Below, piece by piece: positions 1-9,887 of a DNA stretch of 24,931 bases. Every line of letters starts with the position of its first letter. The stretch's first letter is position 1. The position numbers and the translations under genes were made by a program. Location of the stretch: positions 1-24,931 of the forward strand of contig NW_021836246.1 of the NCBI RefSeq assembly GCF_006345805.1. Direction: 5' to 3'. The DNA comes from Octopus sinensis (taxonomy: Eukaryota). The notes beneath the pieces are model-generated. The model saw only the letters and a program-made list of their open reading frames with translations. It made no database searches and was not told the DNA's origin.

Positions 1-484
1 ATTAAGCAGTATAGTACTTGGTAACGAGACAGAAAGATGGGATGGTCAAAGCTGGCACGTCTTTGATTATTTTTCTGCTCGATGAAGTTTGACCTGTGGG
101 TAAATAGTAAAAACGAGACTACCACCACCACCACCACCACCACAACCAACAACAACAGCAACAACAGCAGCAGCAGCAACTACAACAACAACAACATCAA
201 CAGCCTCAGACATAATGTAATATAGACGACATTTTTCTGCATGTACCTTCATTTATAATACGGTGGGACATATACTCGGGAAGGTATACGCTCTGTTACT
301 AGCAGTTCGAGCGTCCACATAAAATCACCTTCACTGAATGGTTCCAAACAGACTATTGTTGTTGTTATTATTGAGGTTATTTAATTCTGAATTCACTGGA
401 ATCGAACAAATCTTTGAAGACACCTGTTCCAATTGTGACCACCGCTCGTCATTTTTAGATTATCTTTCATTATATAATCTGTTC

Positions 485-665
485 GAAGGTGTGGAATCGT
501 CAGCAGTATTTCATGCATCTTTAGGTTCAAATTCCGACGACATCAATTTTGGCTTTCATCGTTTCGATATCGATAAAATAGTTGGAATCAATTACTGAGG
601 TTGATGTAATCGATAACCCATCACCACCAAAATATCAGGCCTTATGCGTATATTAGAAATGTTTG
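485..665 (+). mobile_element. Degenerate SINE family A copy (core plus tail type 1)
   Basis: 'ggttcaaattccgacgacatcaattttggctttcatcgtttcgatatcgataaaatag...gatgtaatcga...aaaatatcaggccttatgcgtatattagaaa' aligns by eye to the reverse complement of the better preserved copies at 5571-5904 and 21064-21331. Confidence 0.7.
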
Positions 666-1080
666 TTTAATCTGTCCTTCTCTTTTAACAGAGGAGTTGA
701 GTATGATCAGATGAACATTTGGAAGTGATATCGTGCAGGGCCAGAGACCAAATATTGATCGTCTCGCGCATTTCTTCATACTAGATATCGCGTTCCCAAT
801 TTCCAATTTCTTCAGATTTCTTCAAAATATTTGAAATGTTGTTTGACACATCCGCCTTACTGACAAAGATTGTAACATCAATTTTATTTCAGTCTTATAA
901 TTTAAATGTTATCAATATATTTTTGAATAAAAAGAAGCAGCACGTATGCTAGGACACAACAACCTCCCAAGCAGACCGAGTGCAGATATGAATAGCATAT
1001 GGGAACCGGTATTAAAGAAGGATAGGAAAATATTAGATTTATAAGCCCTAAAAAAAATTCACTCCATAATTTCCCACAGG

Positions 1081-1134
1081 CATATGGCATAGTGGTTAAG
1101 AGCGCGGGTTACTAACCCCAAAATTCCGAGTTCA
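1081..1134 (+). mobile_element. tRNA-derived SINE head (Pol III A box, truncated B box)
   Basis: A box TGGCATAGTGG at 1085-1095, anticodon-like arm gcggg-ttactaa-cccca, and GTTCA at 1130-1134 running straight into (AAT)n. There is no acceptor stem, so it is not a functional tRNA. Confidence 0.65.
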
Positions 1135-1155
1135 ATAATAATAATAATAATAATG

Positions 1156-1200
<45 letters not shown>
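1134..1200. repeat. (AAT)n microsatellite
   Basis: Near-perfect aataataat run read directly from the sequence. Confidence 0.95.
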
Positions 1201-1722
1201 GGCTTCTGATCTTAACTGATTGCAAGTGTTATCATGTACATTGTTTTGTCTTGGTATAAAAGATGGGCTACAGCAAATATTCTGCTCAATACCACAGTTG
1301 TGCTTGTCAGTTGTTTGACATTAACCAGTTGACCATGTCCCTTAGTGGCTGACGATATATGCATCTCTGATCACGAGCAGAAGTAGTGGGGGAGCATCAT
1401 AGCCATGTGTTGAGAGGAATTCTTTGGGGTTTGAATAATTCACCTTTGGAAACAGGTGTGTTTCGTTCAACACCCTTAAACAACCCTTATTCAGGGACCT
1501 TTTGAGCGGGATGGGCTACTCGACCAGAACAAAATTCTAACTGGGTCCCACCTGCAAGGTCATGTGCTATTTATCTTGATATGAGATCACCATGTCGCGC
1601 ACATATTGTTGTGATGCATGTGCCTAGTGTACCCTTATCAGACGGGTAGTCATGATGGGTATACTGGGCTTCGTATATTTTACCCCAGTGTCACTTTGAT
1701 GGCATGCACTGCTCTCTCACTC
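1201..1722. mobile_element. About 520-bp interspersed element sitting inside an (AAT)n tract
   Basis: Complex non-coding block with sharp boundaries and AAT repeats on both sides (1134-1200 and 1723-1742). It resembles an abundant octopus repeat from memory. The class is inferred. Confidence 0.55.
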
Positions 1723-1742
1723 AATAGTAATAATAACTATAA

Positions 1743-1872
1743 CATCATCATCGAAAACATACCTTAGCAATGAGAACCCAGGCTTGATATTTCCCCAAGG
1801 CACCTGATGAAGGATGGAGGGTATATCACCCAAAACGTTGTGTTAACGACAAACAAGATGAAGCCAAATGTT
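1743..1872 (+). mobile_element. Penelope-like retroelement tail segment containing a decayed minimal hammerhead ribozyme motif
   Basis: ggcac-CTGATGA-a-ggatg...caccc-aAAA-CG-TT-gtgtt at 1799-1844 has the type I hammerhead topology, with G12 replaced by A. Confidence 0.55.
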
Positions 1873-1910
1873 GTTTTTCTTTTAAATATCTAGAATTCAT
1901 TTGCTTTTCA

Positions 1911-2045
1911 GCGGTTAGCTGTCAGAATTATTAACCCGCCGGACAAAGTGCTGAGTGTCTATTTGTCCCTCTTTACATTATGAGCCGAGGTCGACATTGC
2001 CTTTCATCGTTTCGGAGTCGGTAAAATAAGGAACAGTTGAACACT
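1911..2045 (+). mobile_element. Degenerate SINE family A copy
   Basis: 'gccgaggtcgacattgcctttcatcgtttcggagtcggtaaaataagg' matches the family A core. The head 'gcggttagctgtcagaatt' is decayed. Confidence 0.75.
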
Positions 2046-3603
2046 AACAGACAGACAGACAAACATTTGCACACACACACCTACACACGCATGTATATAT
2101 CAGTGTGTGTATGACATGCAAACGTTCTTTTTCCCATATGAGCTTCGTCTGATGCTATGTGCTATTGTGCTTCTAAATGTCGCTCACCCTGTTGGGGAAC
2201 ATTAGCGTGTTCTTGCGATACCAAGAGTGATACTGTTTGTCTCATTAACTTCTGTTTGGTCCATGCATGGAGGCAAAGGCGAGAATGGAAATCTACTCTA
2301 TAGGTGACTCAACTTCTGCACGCTACAATAACTCTACCAAGACTTAAGCGGAAAACGCAAATTTTAACCTGACGGCTGTGAAGGCGACCGAATAATGCAA
2401 CGGATGCATGAATTTCAAACATCAACGGTGGGATTCTGAGCTATGAAGTATTGAGTGTGGCGTGCAACACCAAGTACATAGTAAACAGAACGGAGATGAA
2501 CAAATGTTGACGTTCGGGTGACTAGCACGCACTCTATAATTCAGATATCAATCGGGAAAGTGCACCCATGATAGGGGAAAGTTCCTAATAGGGAACCGGC
2601 ACGGAAGTGTCGAGTATTTGATTCAGTCCCTTATAGAAATATGCAGGACGTTGCCTGGAAAAGGTATGAAAGCTAATGAAGCCCCTATCTAGGATCCTGT
2701 CTGTGCACACTTAACTGTGAAGAGGTGAGAAACAACGCCGAAAACATGCTCTCTTAACTGATTGTTTAGGAAGTTACACCCAGAGAGATTGTTATTCTCT
2801 GGATTTGGGAATTTTGAATTTACAAACCTTGATGGACATCCTGAAGTCAAACCAGCTTTCGCTCGGAAATTCCAAAAATTAAACGTCGGCATTGTTGTTC
2901 TCTGGTTGTCTCTTTACCTGTGTTGTTGTTGTTTAACACCACTTTTAGCTTTGATTAAGCATGTCGTCTGAGTGCTTTTTAAAGACATAATGAGCGGAGA
3001 TCTATATTATTAATGGTTCATTATTGTGATCTGAAAAGATAACTGTGGTCTGTTGTGACACATCTGTCTGTTATATCTACTGGGAAAGGCAATCGTATTG
3101 AATCTCCGAATTTGCTTCCTGTTACCTCTCTCTAACTAGACGTCTATTTATTTGCATTCCTTTCGTCAACAATAAGCCCACTTTTACTTCATCTCTCTCT
3201 TTTTCTCTCTCTCTCTGCATTTTTCTCTACCAATTTCTTTCTTCATAGATTTTTTTCTCATTCTTTATCATTTCCACTTTCCGACTATCTTCCTCATTTA
3301 TCCTAACGCGTAATCTCCTTCCCTTGAGCGCTCTTTTTTTCCTAAAGAGGAAGAAGCAAAGATAAGACAAAATGGTCGGATTTGTCGTTAAGAACACGAA
3401 AACTGGAATGAAAAAAAAATTATAAAATATGCGTGAATTATCTCCGCGTATACAAAATGTAAGTAAAAATTTATTTTCATTAGAGATTAAATTTTATGCA
3501 ATTACATTTTGCTGAGCTTTTTTTAAAGTCTACCCATTAGCAATACAAGCTTGTTCTTGGCAACTTTAAAAGATACGTCGATCGTAAAACTCCTTCATGA
3601 GAT

Positions 3604-3929
3604 GGAGAGAAAGAGAGAGAGAGAGAGGAGGGAAGAGAGAGAGGGGTAAGAGAGAGAGAGAGTGAGTGAGTGAGAGAGACAGGGAGAGAGTAAATGTCAA
3701 AATATGCATTGTTTTTGAAATGCACGAGTACTCAAGAGGAAGAGAATGAGGAGGGGAGGAAGAGGAGGAGAAAGAAGGAAGAAGAAGAAGAAGAAGAAGA
3801 AGAGAAGAGAGAAGAGAAGAGAAGAAGAGAGAAGAAAGAAGAGAAGAAGAAGAAGAAGAAGAAGAAGAAGAAGAGAAAGAAGAAGAAGAAGAAGAAGAAG
3901 AAGAAGAAGAAGAAGAAGAAGAGGAAGGG

Positions 3930-3961
<32 letters not shown>

Positions 3962-3971
3962 AGAAGAAGAA
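3604..3971. repeat. (GA)n and (GAA)n polypurine microsatellites
   Basis: GA repeats at about 3604-3690. A purine-only run at 3748-3971 is dominated by GAA. Confidence 0.95.
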
Positions 3972-4436
3972 TTCATAAAAATTGGAAGGAAACGGTCTGC
4001 AAATGATAAATTGTTTCTATAATATTTAGATATCAGTCAAACTTGGTTCCTAAGTCCCTTTCTAGTCCTTACCTAAGAACTCATCGGATATTCTGGTTTT
4101 ACCAGTGCTGAACAGCGTACGCAGAAAATATGGTCGTGTGGATTCGCTATAGGTACGCTATTCCATATGACTTGAGTCCACCTCAAAAAGATTCTAGTGA
4201 TATGCCGACAAGCAGGAACCAAAAAAAACAAAAACTGCACCAGTGTGTGTGGTGTGTGTGTGTGTGCGTGCGTGCTTGAGCGTGTGTATGAGAGAGAGAA
4301 AGAGGGTGAGAAAGAGAGATAGAGTGAGTGAGTTACGTTGATTCATTGAGTTACGTTGGTTGGCACGGCGACTACGAAGCTTTTGAGGCGGCAGATGACT
4401 GGGGTGATTTGAAATATGTGAAGAAATGCCATCTTT

Positions 4437-4727
4437 TCAGAGGAGCGCTTCTTTGTAGGCAACATTTCTCGTTTTCCCTTCTGATGCACAAATGTATAGA
4501 CTTTGTGGCTTGCCAACACGGGAGCATCCAATGTAAAGTTGACCGTGGGAGAACACTTGCTCTGTGAAATATAAACCAACCATTTGCAATAATTGTCCCT
4601 GTACCTTGTTTATTGCCATTGCAAAGGAGAGTTTGATAGGAAATTAAAGCTGCTTAAACTTGTAGATCGTATCGGAGGGAGTGAGGGACATTTGAGTAAT
4701 AAGAACATCTTGAACAGCGGCCGGTCC
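4437..4727 (-). pseudogene. Helitron RepHel (PIF1-like helicase) C-terminal fragment, pseudogenised
   Basis: The minus frame reads GPAAVQDVLITQMSLTPSDTIYKFKQL*FPIKLSFAMAINKVQGQLLQMVGLYFTEQVFSHGQLYIGCSRVGKPQSLYICASEGKTRNVAYKEALL*. This matches the Helitron helicase motifs QFPxxLxFAMTINKSQGQ, VFSHGQLYVAxSRV and the terminal TxNxVYKE. There is an in-frame stop at 4644-4646 where Gln is expected. Confidence 0.92.
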
Positions 4728-4956
4728 ATTCAATTCTCTGTCTAATAACGTATTTTAAGGTGCACACACATACATAGAAAATGTGAGGTCATGGTAGAAA
4801 TATTTTACGATAGTTGATTTATGGAAAACAAGAAGAAAATGAGGGCAAAAACCTCTCGTTTTTTCACAAAAATCATTTCCTAGTAGCCGGAATTTCGCGA
4901 CAAAATGTATGTTTATTAAGTACAACAGCCTGCAGTGCATGCCGCTGGGCATTAAA

Positions 4957-5348
4957 AGCCAATCGCACAAACCTAGAGGGGCTCTGGGCCACCTTGAATC
5001 GATAAAAATCACTCTTTTTCCCATAGCAACCACATCTTTATTGCTTGCGAATTTTAACCATTGCGGGTCTCATCCTCACCACGCATTTAGTATCCCTGCC
5101 AATTTTCAGCTCGGTCCTAGCCTCGGTTTGGCCGCCATTAACCGTCAAAGCAAAACGGGCATACAATTTTCGTCCAAGGACTGTTTTATTGATATAGAAG
5201 AAGAAAAGCAATATGATTAAAGGAACCTGCTAAAGTATGAGCCAACTGTAATGCAGGAGTCCTTCTAAAGCTGTAGTACCTAAACGTTTCAGAGGCCGCG
5301 CCCTTTGGCAACCGGACCACATTCTTAGCGCCCCTCCCCCTCCCCACC
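4957..5348. promoter_or_regulatory. Candidate cis-regulatory or promoter motif cluster
   Basis: NF-Y-like AGCCAATCGC (4957-4966), RFX X-box-like tTTCCCATAGCAAC (5017-5030), YY1-like GCCGCCATT (5131-5139) and GC/Sp-like tracts (5295-5303, 5331-5348), in non-repetitive sequence. Motif matches only. Confidence 0.25.
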
Positions 5349-5570
5349 ACAAATATAGACCACGTTCTGCAGGAACTTCAAAATAACTGTATTTCACAAA
5401 AAGAGCTTAAAACTAATTAACTTGTTAATATTTTTATTTTACATATATCATCCAATTTTGGCCACCCATTATCATCCCACTTTTCTTCATCCCCCCACCT
5501 CACTCTGGATCTTTCCATGGCCCCGAGGGCGAAGTACTGCCCACTTTCCGAACCACTGTTCTAAAGTTCT

Positions 5571-5739
5571 TATTATTTTCTACTCTAGGCTCAAGGCCCG
5601 AAATTTTTGGGGAAGTTGGCCAGTCGATTAGATCGATCCCAGTACGCAAATGGTACTTAATTTATCGACTCCGAAAAGATGAAAGGCAAAGTTGACCTCG
5701 GCGGAATTTGAACTCAGAACGTAAAGACAGACGAAATAT
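5571..5739 (-). mobile_element. SINE family A copy with tail type 1, head interrupted
   Basis: 'ctactctaggctcaaggcccgaaattttt...ggtacttaatttatcgactccgaaaagatgaaaggcaaagttgacctcggcggaatttgaactcagaacgta' has a core near-identical to those at 5740-5904 and 21064-21331. Confidence 0.88.
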
Positions 5740-5904
5740 CTATTTCTTTACTACCCACAAGGGGCTAAACATAGAGTGGACAAAGGACAGACAAATGGAT
5801 TAAGTCGGTTACATCGACCCCAGTGCGTAACTGGTACTTAATTTATCAACCCCGAAAGGATGAAAGGCAAAATTGACCACGGCGGAATTTGAACTCAGAA
5901 CGTA
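5740..5904 (-). mobile_element. SINE family A copy with tail type 2, 5'-truncated
   Basis: It starts 'tatttctttactacccacaaggggctaaaca', the same tail as the 21064 copy, followed by the same core as the adjacent copy. Confidence 0.88.
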
Positions 5905-6092
5905 CATCCGTGCCGTACATCACCTCACTCTCTCCTCAGATCGACGTTGCCCGAATGCGTCACGTGTCGAAGCGATCGTAGAGGAACGTGAGAGGAAGTG
6001 CTTTGCTTCAGACCACAACTCACACAACCCACCTTCCGGTCTAGGTACCTCACGATCGGGAGCGCAACACCCAAACCACTAACCTACGCATC
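5905..6092 (-). mobile_element. Degenerate SINE family C-like copy
   Basis: The reverse complement 'gcgtaggttagtggtttgggtgttgcgctcccgatcgtgag...gtctgaagcaaagcacttcctctcacgtt' resembles the head and core of the 24025-24313 copy. Confidence 0.55.
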
Positions 6093-6554
6093 TTCACCCC
6101 TATAACCTTGACTAACCAACCAACAGCCTGTAGGGCGCCATTTACTCACTCGCATCCAAGAATTTTTCACGGAAGATTCTAAACATAACAATATTGAATA
6201 AACAAATACAGAAAATAGACAAGCCGTAGCATGACACACATACCCAGTTCTGAAACACGTGATTGGCGAGTCATCACCTTTGCGTAAGTGACCTATCCTA
6301 TAATTAACTGGATTTTCATTTAAATTCTTCTGTGTTTCATTTTACCTGTGTTAGGAAAGTGAATTTATGAAATCATGAAATCGTTTCATATGGCTTTTTT
6401 TAAAACTCTTTTCTGCGTTTCACACTCCCTTCCTTCCCTTACACACATTTCTCTCGTTTATACTCACAGCATTCGAAGTTCTTTTTAAAGCGTTTCATGC
6501 TTTGCATGAAATGAAAGCTTTGAATGCAATGGCCCTCAGCGGCTAATAAACAAA

Positions 6555-7145
6555 ACTCTCCTCCTCTCCTCCTTCTTTTTCTCCATCCTTTTCGTCTCCT
6601 CCTCCTCTTACCCCTCCTTCTTCTTTTTCTTGTATTCCTCCTCATCCTTCTTCTCCTCCTCCTCATCCACCTACTTCTCCTCCTCCTCCTCCACTTTCTT
6701 CTTCTTCTTCTTCTTATTTTCGTTTCTTCTATCCTCATCCATTATTCTCTCCTCCTTCTCTTCTTCTCATCATTATTACAACCACTCCTCAACGGTTTTC
6801 TTTTTCTTGTCTCTCTTCTTTTTCTCCCCCCTCCTCCTCCTCCTCATCATCATCATCATCACCGTTCCTCTTCTTTTTCTTCATTCTCTTCTTCTCCTCT
6901 CTCTAGTTCTTCTTCTTTTTCTTCTCCCCCTCCTTCTACTTATTATTATTATTATTATCATCATCATCATCATCATTATTATTATTATTATTATTACAAT
7001 CATTATTATTACTGTTACTTTTGTTCGTGTTGATAGCATCGCACTTGTGCTGCGGTTGTCATTATTATTATCGTTGTTGCTGTTGTTATTGGTGATGATG
7101 GCGTTGTTAGAATTATTACTGTTATTGGTGTTGTTGTTGTTGTTA

Positions 7146-7197
<52 letters not shown>

Positions 7198-7335
7198 ATT
7201 ATTATTCATATTGTGGCTGTTATTATTTTATGCTTATTGTTGGTGCTATTTGCATTACCATTGTTCTTCTTATTTTCTTTATTATTATTATTACCATTAT
7301 CGTTATTATTGCTATTATTATGAATTTTATTGTTA

Positions 7336-7390
<55 letters not shown>

Positions 7391-7406
7391 TACTACAACA
7401 ACAACA

Positions 7407-7441
<35 letters not shown>

Positions 7442-7455
7442 AACTACTATAATTA

Positions 7456-7500
<45 letters not shown>

Positions 7501-7560
7501 TATTATCATCATGGTTGTTGTTGTTGTTGTTGCTGTCGTCGTCGTCATCATCATCATCAG
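6555..7560. repeat. Compound trinucleotide microsatellite (CCT/CTT, CAT, TAT, TGT, TAC, CAA)
   Basis: About 1 kb of low-complexity triplets. This explains the poly-L/S/Y/I/N ORFs. Confidence 0.95.
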
Positions 7561-8002
7561 CAACATAGTCGTCACTGCTATAAAATCTAGATGTCTCGAG
7601 GTGATTCGTTCCGTAAATTGTGAACAGGGTTCGGTTTGTTTTCTGAACGAACACCACTTCACCGTTCTGGAAGTGAAACAATTCAATAGCGTTTCTCGTT
7701 TCCAGCGTCTTCACGTCTAAATAACTGCTCGCCATTGTAACCGCTAGTTTATGGAACACGCCTGTCATATGTGATTAAAACATTTGGGGAGAAAGAAGTA
7801 AAAAATAGCAACAAACACATTGTTGCTAATTTCAGCGATTCCCGCAATTTCAATGGCACATTCATGGTGCGCCTTTGTTATGAAATTGCCGCTGAAAATG
7901 GCTGTTTCTTCTTAACGGAAAAGTCGTCGATGGCGTAGAACAGAAATAGAGAAAATTACACAAGCATTTATATGCATATGGCTGTGCGATTGCGTCAAAC
8001 GT

Positions 8003-8400
8003 ACATAAATACATACATACATACACACATAAATACATACATAATACATAAATACATACATACATACATACACACATAAATACATACATAATACATAAAT
8101 ACATACATACATACATACACACATAAATACATACATAATACATAAATACATACATACATACACACATAAATACATACATAATACATAAATACATACATAA
8201 ATACAGACAGACATAAATACATACATAATACATAAATACATACATACATACATACACACATAAATACATACATAATACATAAATACATACATACATACAT
8301 ACACACATAAATACATACATAATACATAAATACATACATACATACAGACAGACATAAATACATACATAATACATAAATACATACATACATACATACAAAC
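8003..8400. repeat. 47-bp minisatellite derived from (CATA)n
   Basis: Units start at 8024, 8071, 8118, 8161, 8208, 8255, 8302 and 8349 (47-bp period, with one 43-bp unit). Confidence 0.92.
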
Positions 8401-8459
8401 ACCCGTACGTACATAAATACATACAGGTATACACATAATTATATCGTAGTGTATTCGTT

Positions 8460-8618
8460 TATTTATACATATGTATCACACACACACAACACATATATAG
8501 TATGTACATGAACATATAAATATATATGGGTGTGTGGGAAGTGGGTGTATATATGCCAGGTACATATAGACATACATATTTATATACGAATGTACGTGTA
8601 TATATATTATATATATAC

Positions 8619-8687
<69 letters not shown>

Positions 8688-8964
8688 ATACACATACTAA
8701 CATATTTATGTGTACACATATATGCATAAATCTTAACATATTTGAATACTTGTATAAAGATGTGTGTATATACAGATATATATAATATATGTATATATAT
8801 ATATATCTATATATCTATATATCTATATATATTATATTTATATATATAATATATATATAGAATATATATAGATATGTATGTATATATACTTATACGTGTG
8901 TATATATAGATATGTACATACAATATATATGTGTGTATATATATATGTATGTGCAAATGTATAT

Positions 8965-8996
<32 letters not shown>

Positions 8997-9113
8997 GTAT
9001 GTATATGTATATGTATATATTCATATATTATATTATATTATATATATATATGTATGTATATGTATATATTTATATATATATGTATGTATATATATTTATA
9101 TAATCTATGTATA

Positions 9114-9158
<45 letters not shown>

Positions 9159-9173
9159 GTATGTGTATGTATG

Positions 9174-9213
<40 letters not shown>

Positions 9214-9225
9214 TGTGTGTGTGTG
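8460..9225. repeat. (TA)n/(TG)n/(TATG)n microsatellite-rich tract
   Basis: Direct reading; alternating purine-pyrimidine low-complexity sequence. Confidence 0.9.
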
Positions 9226-9424
9226 TGGAGATGGAGATCTCTTCATTATTGTTTAAGTAGGAGCATCACATCGTCGTCTCGAGTAAATGCAAAACGAACG
9301 ACGACCGGTTATTTGTAAACGCTGCTTAGAGTTGGCATTAGTTTTTCGAATAGTTACTTAGAGTAAAGCGTATATAGGCATTTGCATTCGAAATGCATGT
9401 TTAACGTTTGCAGGGCGTAAAAGG

Positions 9425-9645
9425 GTGGAGGAAAGGATGGCGGGTGGGTGGCGGTGGTGGTGGTGGTGGTGGTGTGGAGTCGAGGTGGGTGGGAAGTGAA
9501 GAGAGAGACACTGAATGCAAGGATAAGAAAGGAAAGTGGTACGAGACTGTGAATGGCAGGGTGATGATGGTGGTGGTGGTGGTGGTGTTGGTGGCGGTGT
9601 TGGTGGGTGTGGTGTAGGTGGTGGTGGTGGTGTGGTATTGGTGGG
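9425..9645. repeat. (GGT)n G-rich low-complexity tract
   Basis: Multiple ggtggtggt runs. Confidence 0.85.
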
Positions 9646-9769
9646 GAATTAGAACGATTTACTTTCTTCTTTCTTGGAATATCTTAAAATGTTTCGCTTC
9701 GGTTTTCATTCTCGAGAGTAATTTTTAATCTTTTGCAACCGAATTTCTCAATACGGGAAATGACATAAA

Positions 9770-9834
9770 AGCTCTCTCTCTCTCTCTCTCTCTCTCGCAC
9801 ACAGAGAGTCACACACACACAAACACACACAGAG

Positions 9835-9887
<53 letters not shown>

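Noticed and set aside
668-740. Strong-looking 3' splice site 'ctgtccttctcttttaacAG' near 692
   Set aside because: All frames close within 12 codons or fewer, there is no clear donor site, and no partner exon or homology is recognisable.
1081-1134. Possible tRNA gene (likewise the heads at 15900, 24313 and 24728)
   Set aside because: The cloverleafs are incomplete and continue into SINE bodies, so these are tRNA-derived heads only.
2553-2610. Repeated 'gggaaagt(g/t)c' resembling a pogo-like transposon terminus
   Set aside because: I found no matching opposite TIR or transposase homology in the window.
3566-4006. Poly-S, poly-K/E and poly-R ORFs
   Set aside because: These are translations of (GAA)n and (GA)n repeats, open in many frames, with no coding signal.
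6439-7768. Long ORFs of up to 188 aa rich in L, Y, I, N and T
   Set aside because: Triplet microsatellites lacking stop codons in those frames.
8024-8396. Regular repeat array considered as CRISPR-like
   Set aside because: The units are contiguous low-complexity tandem repeats with no unique spacers or cas genes, in a eukaryotic context.
9425-9645. G-quadruplex potential in (GGT)n
   Set aside because: Mostly two-G runs in an ordinary microsatellite, with nothing distinguishing it from genomic background.
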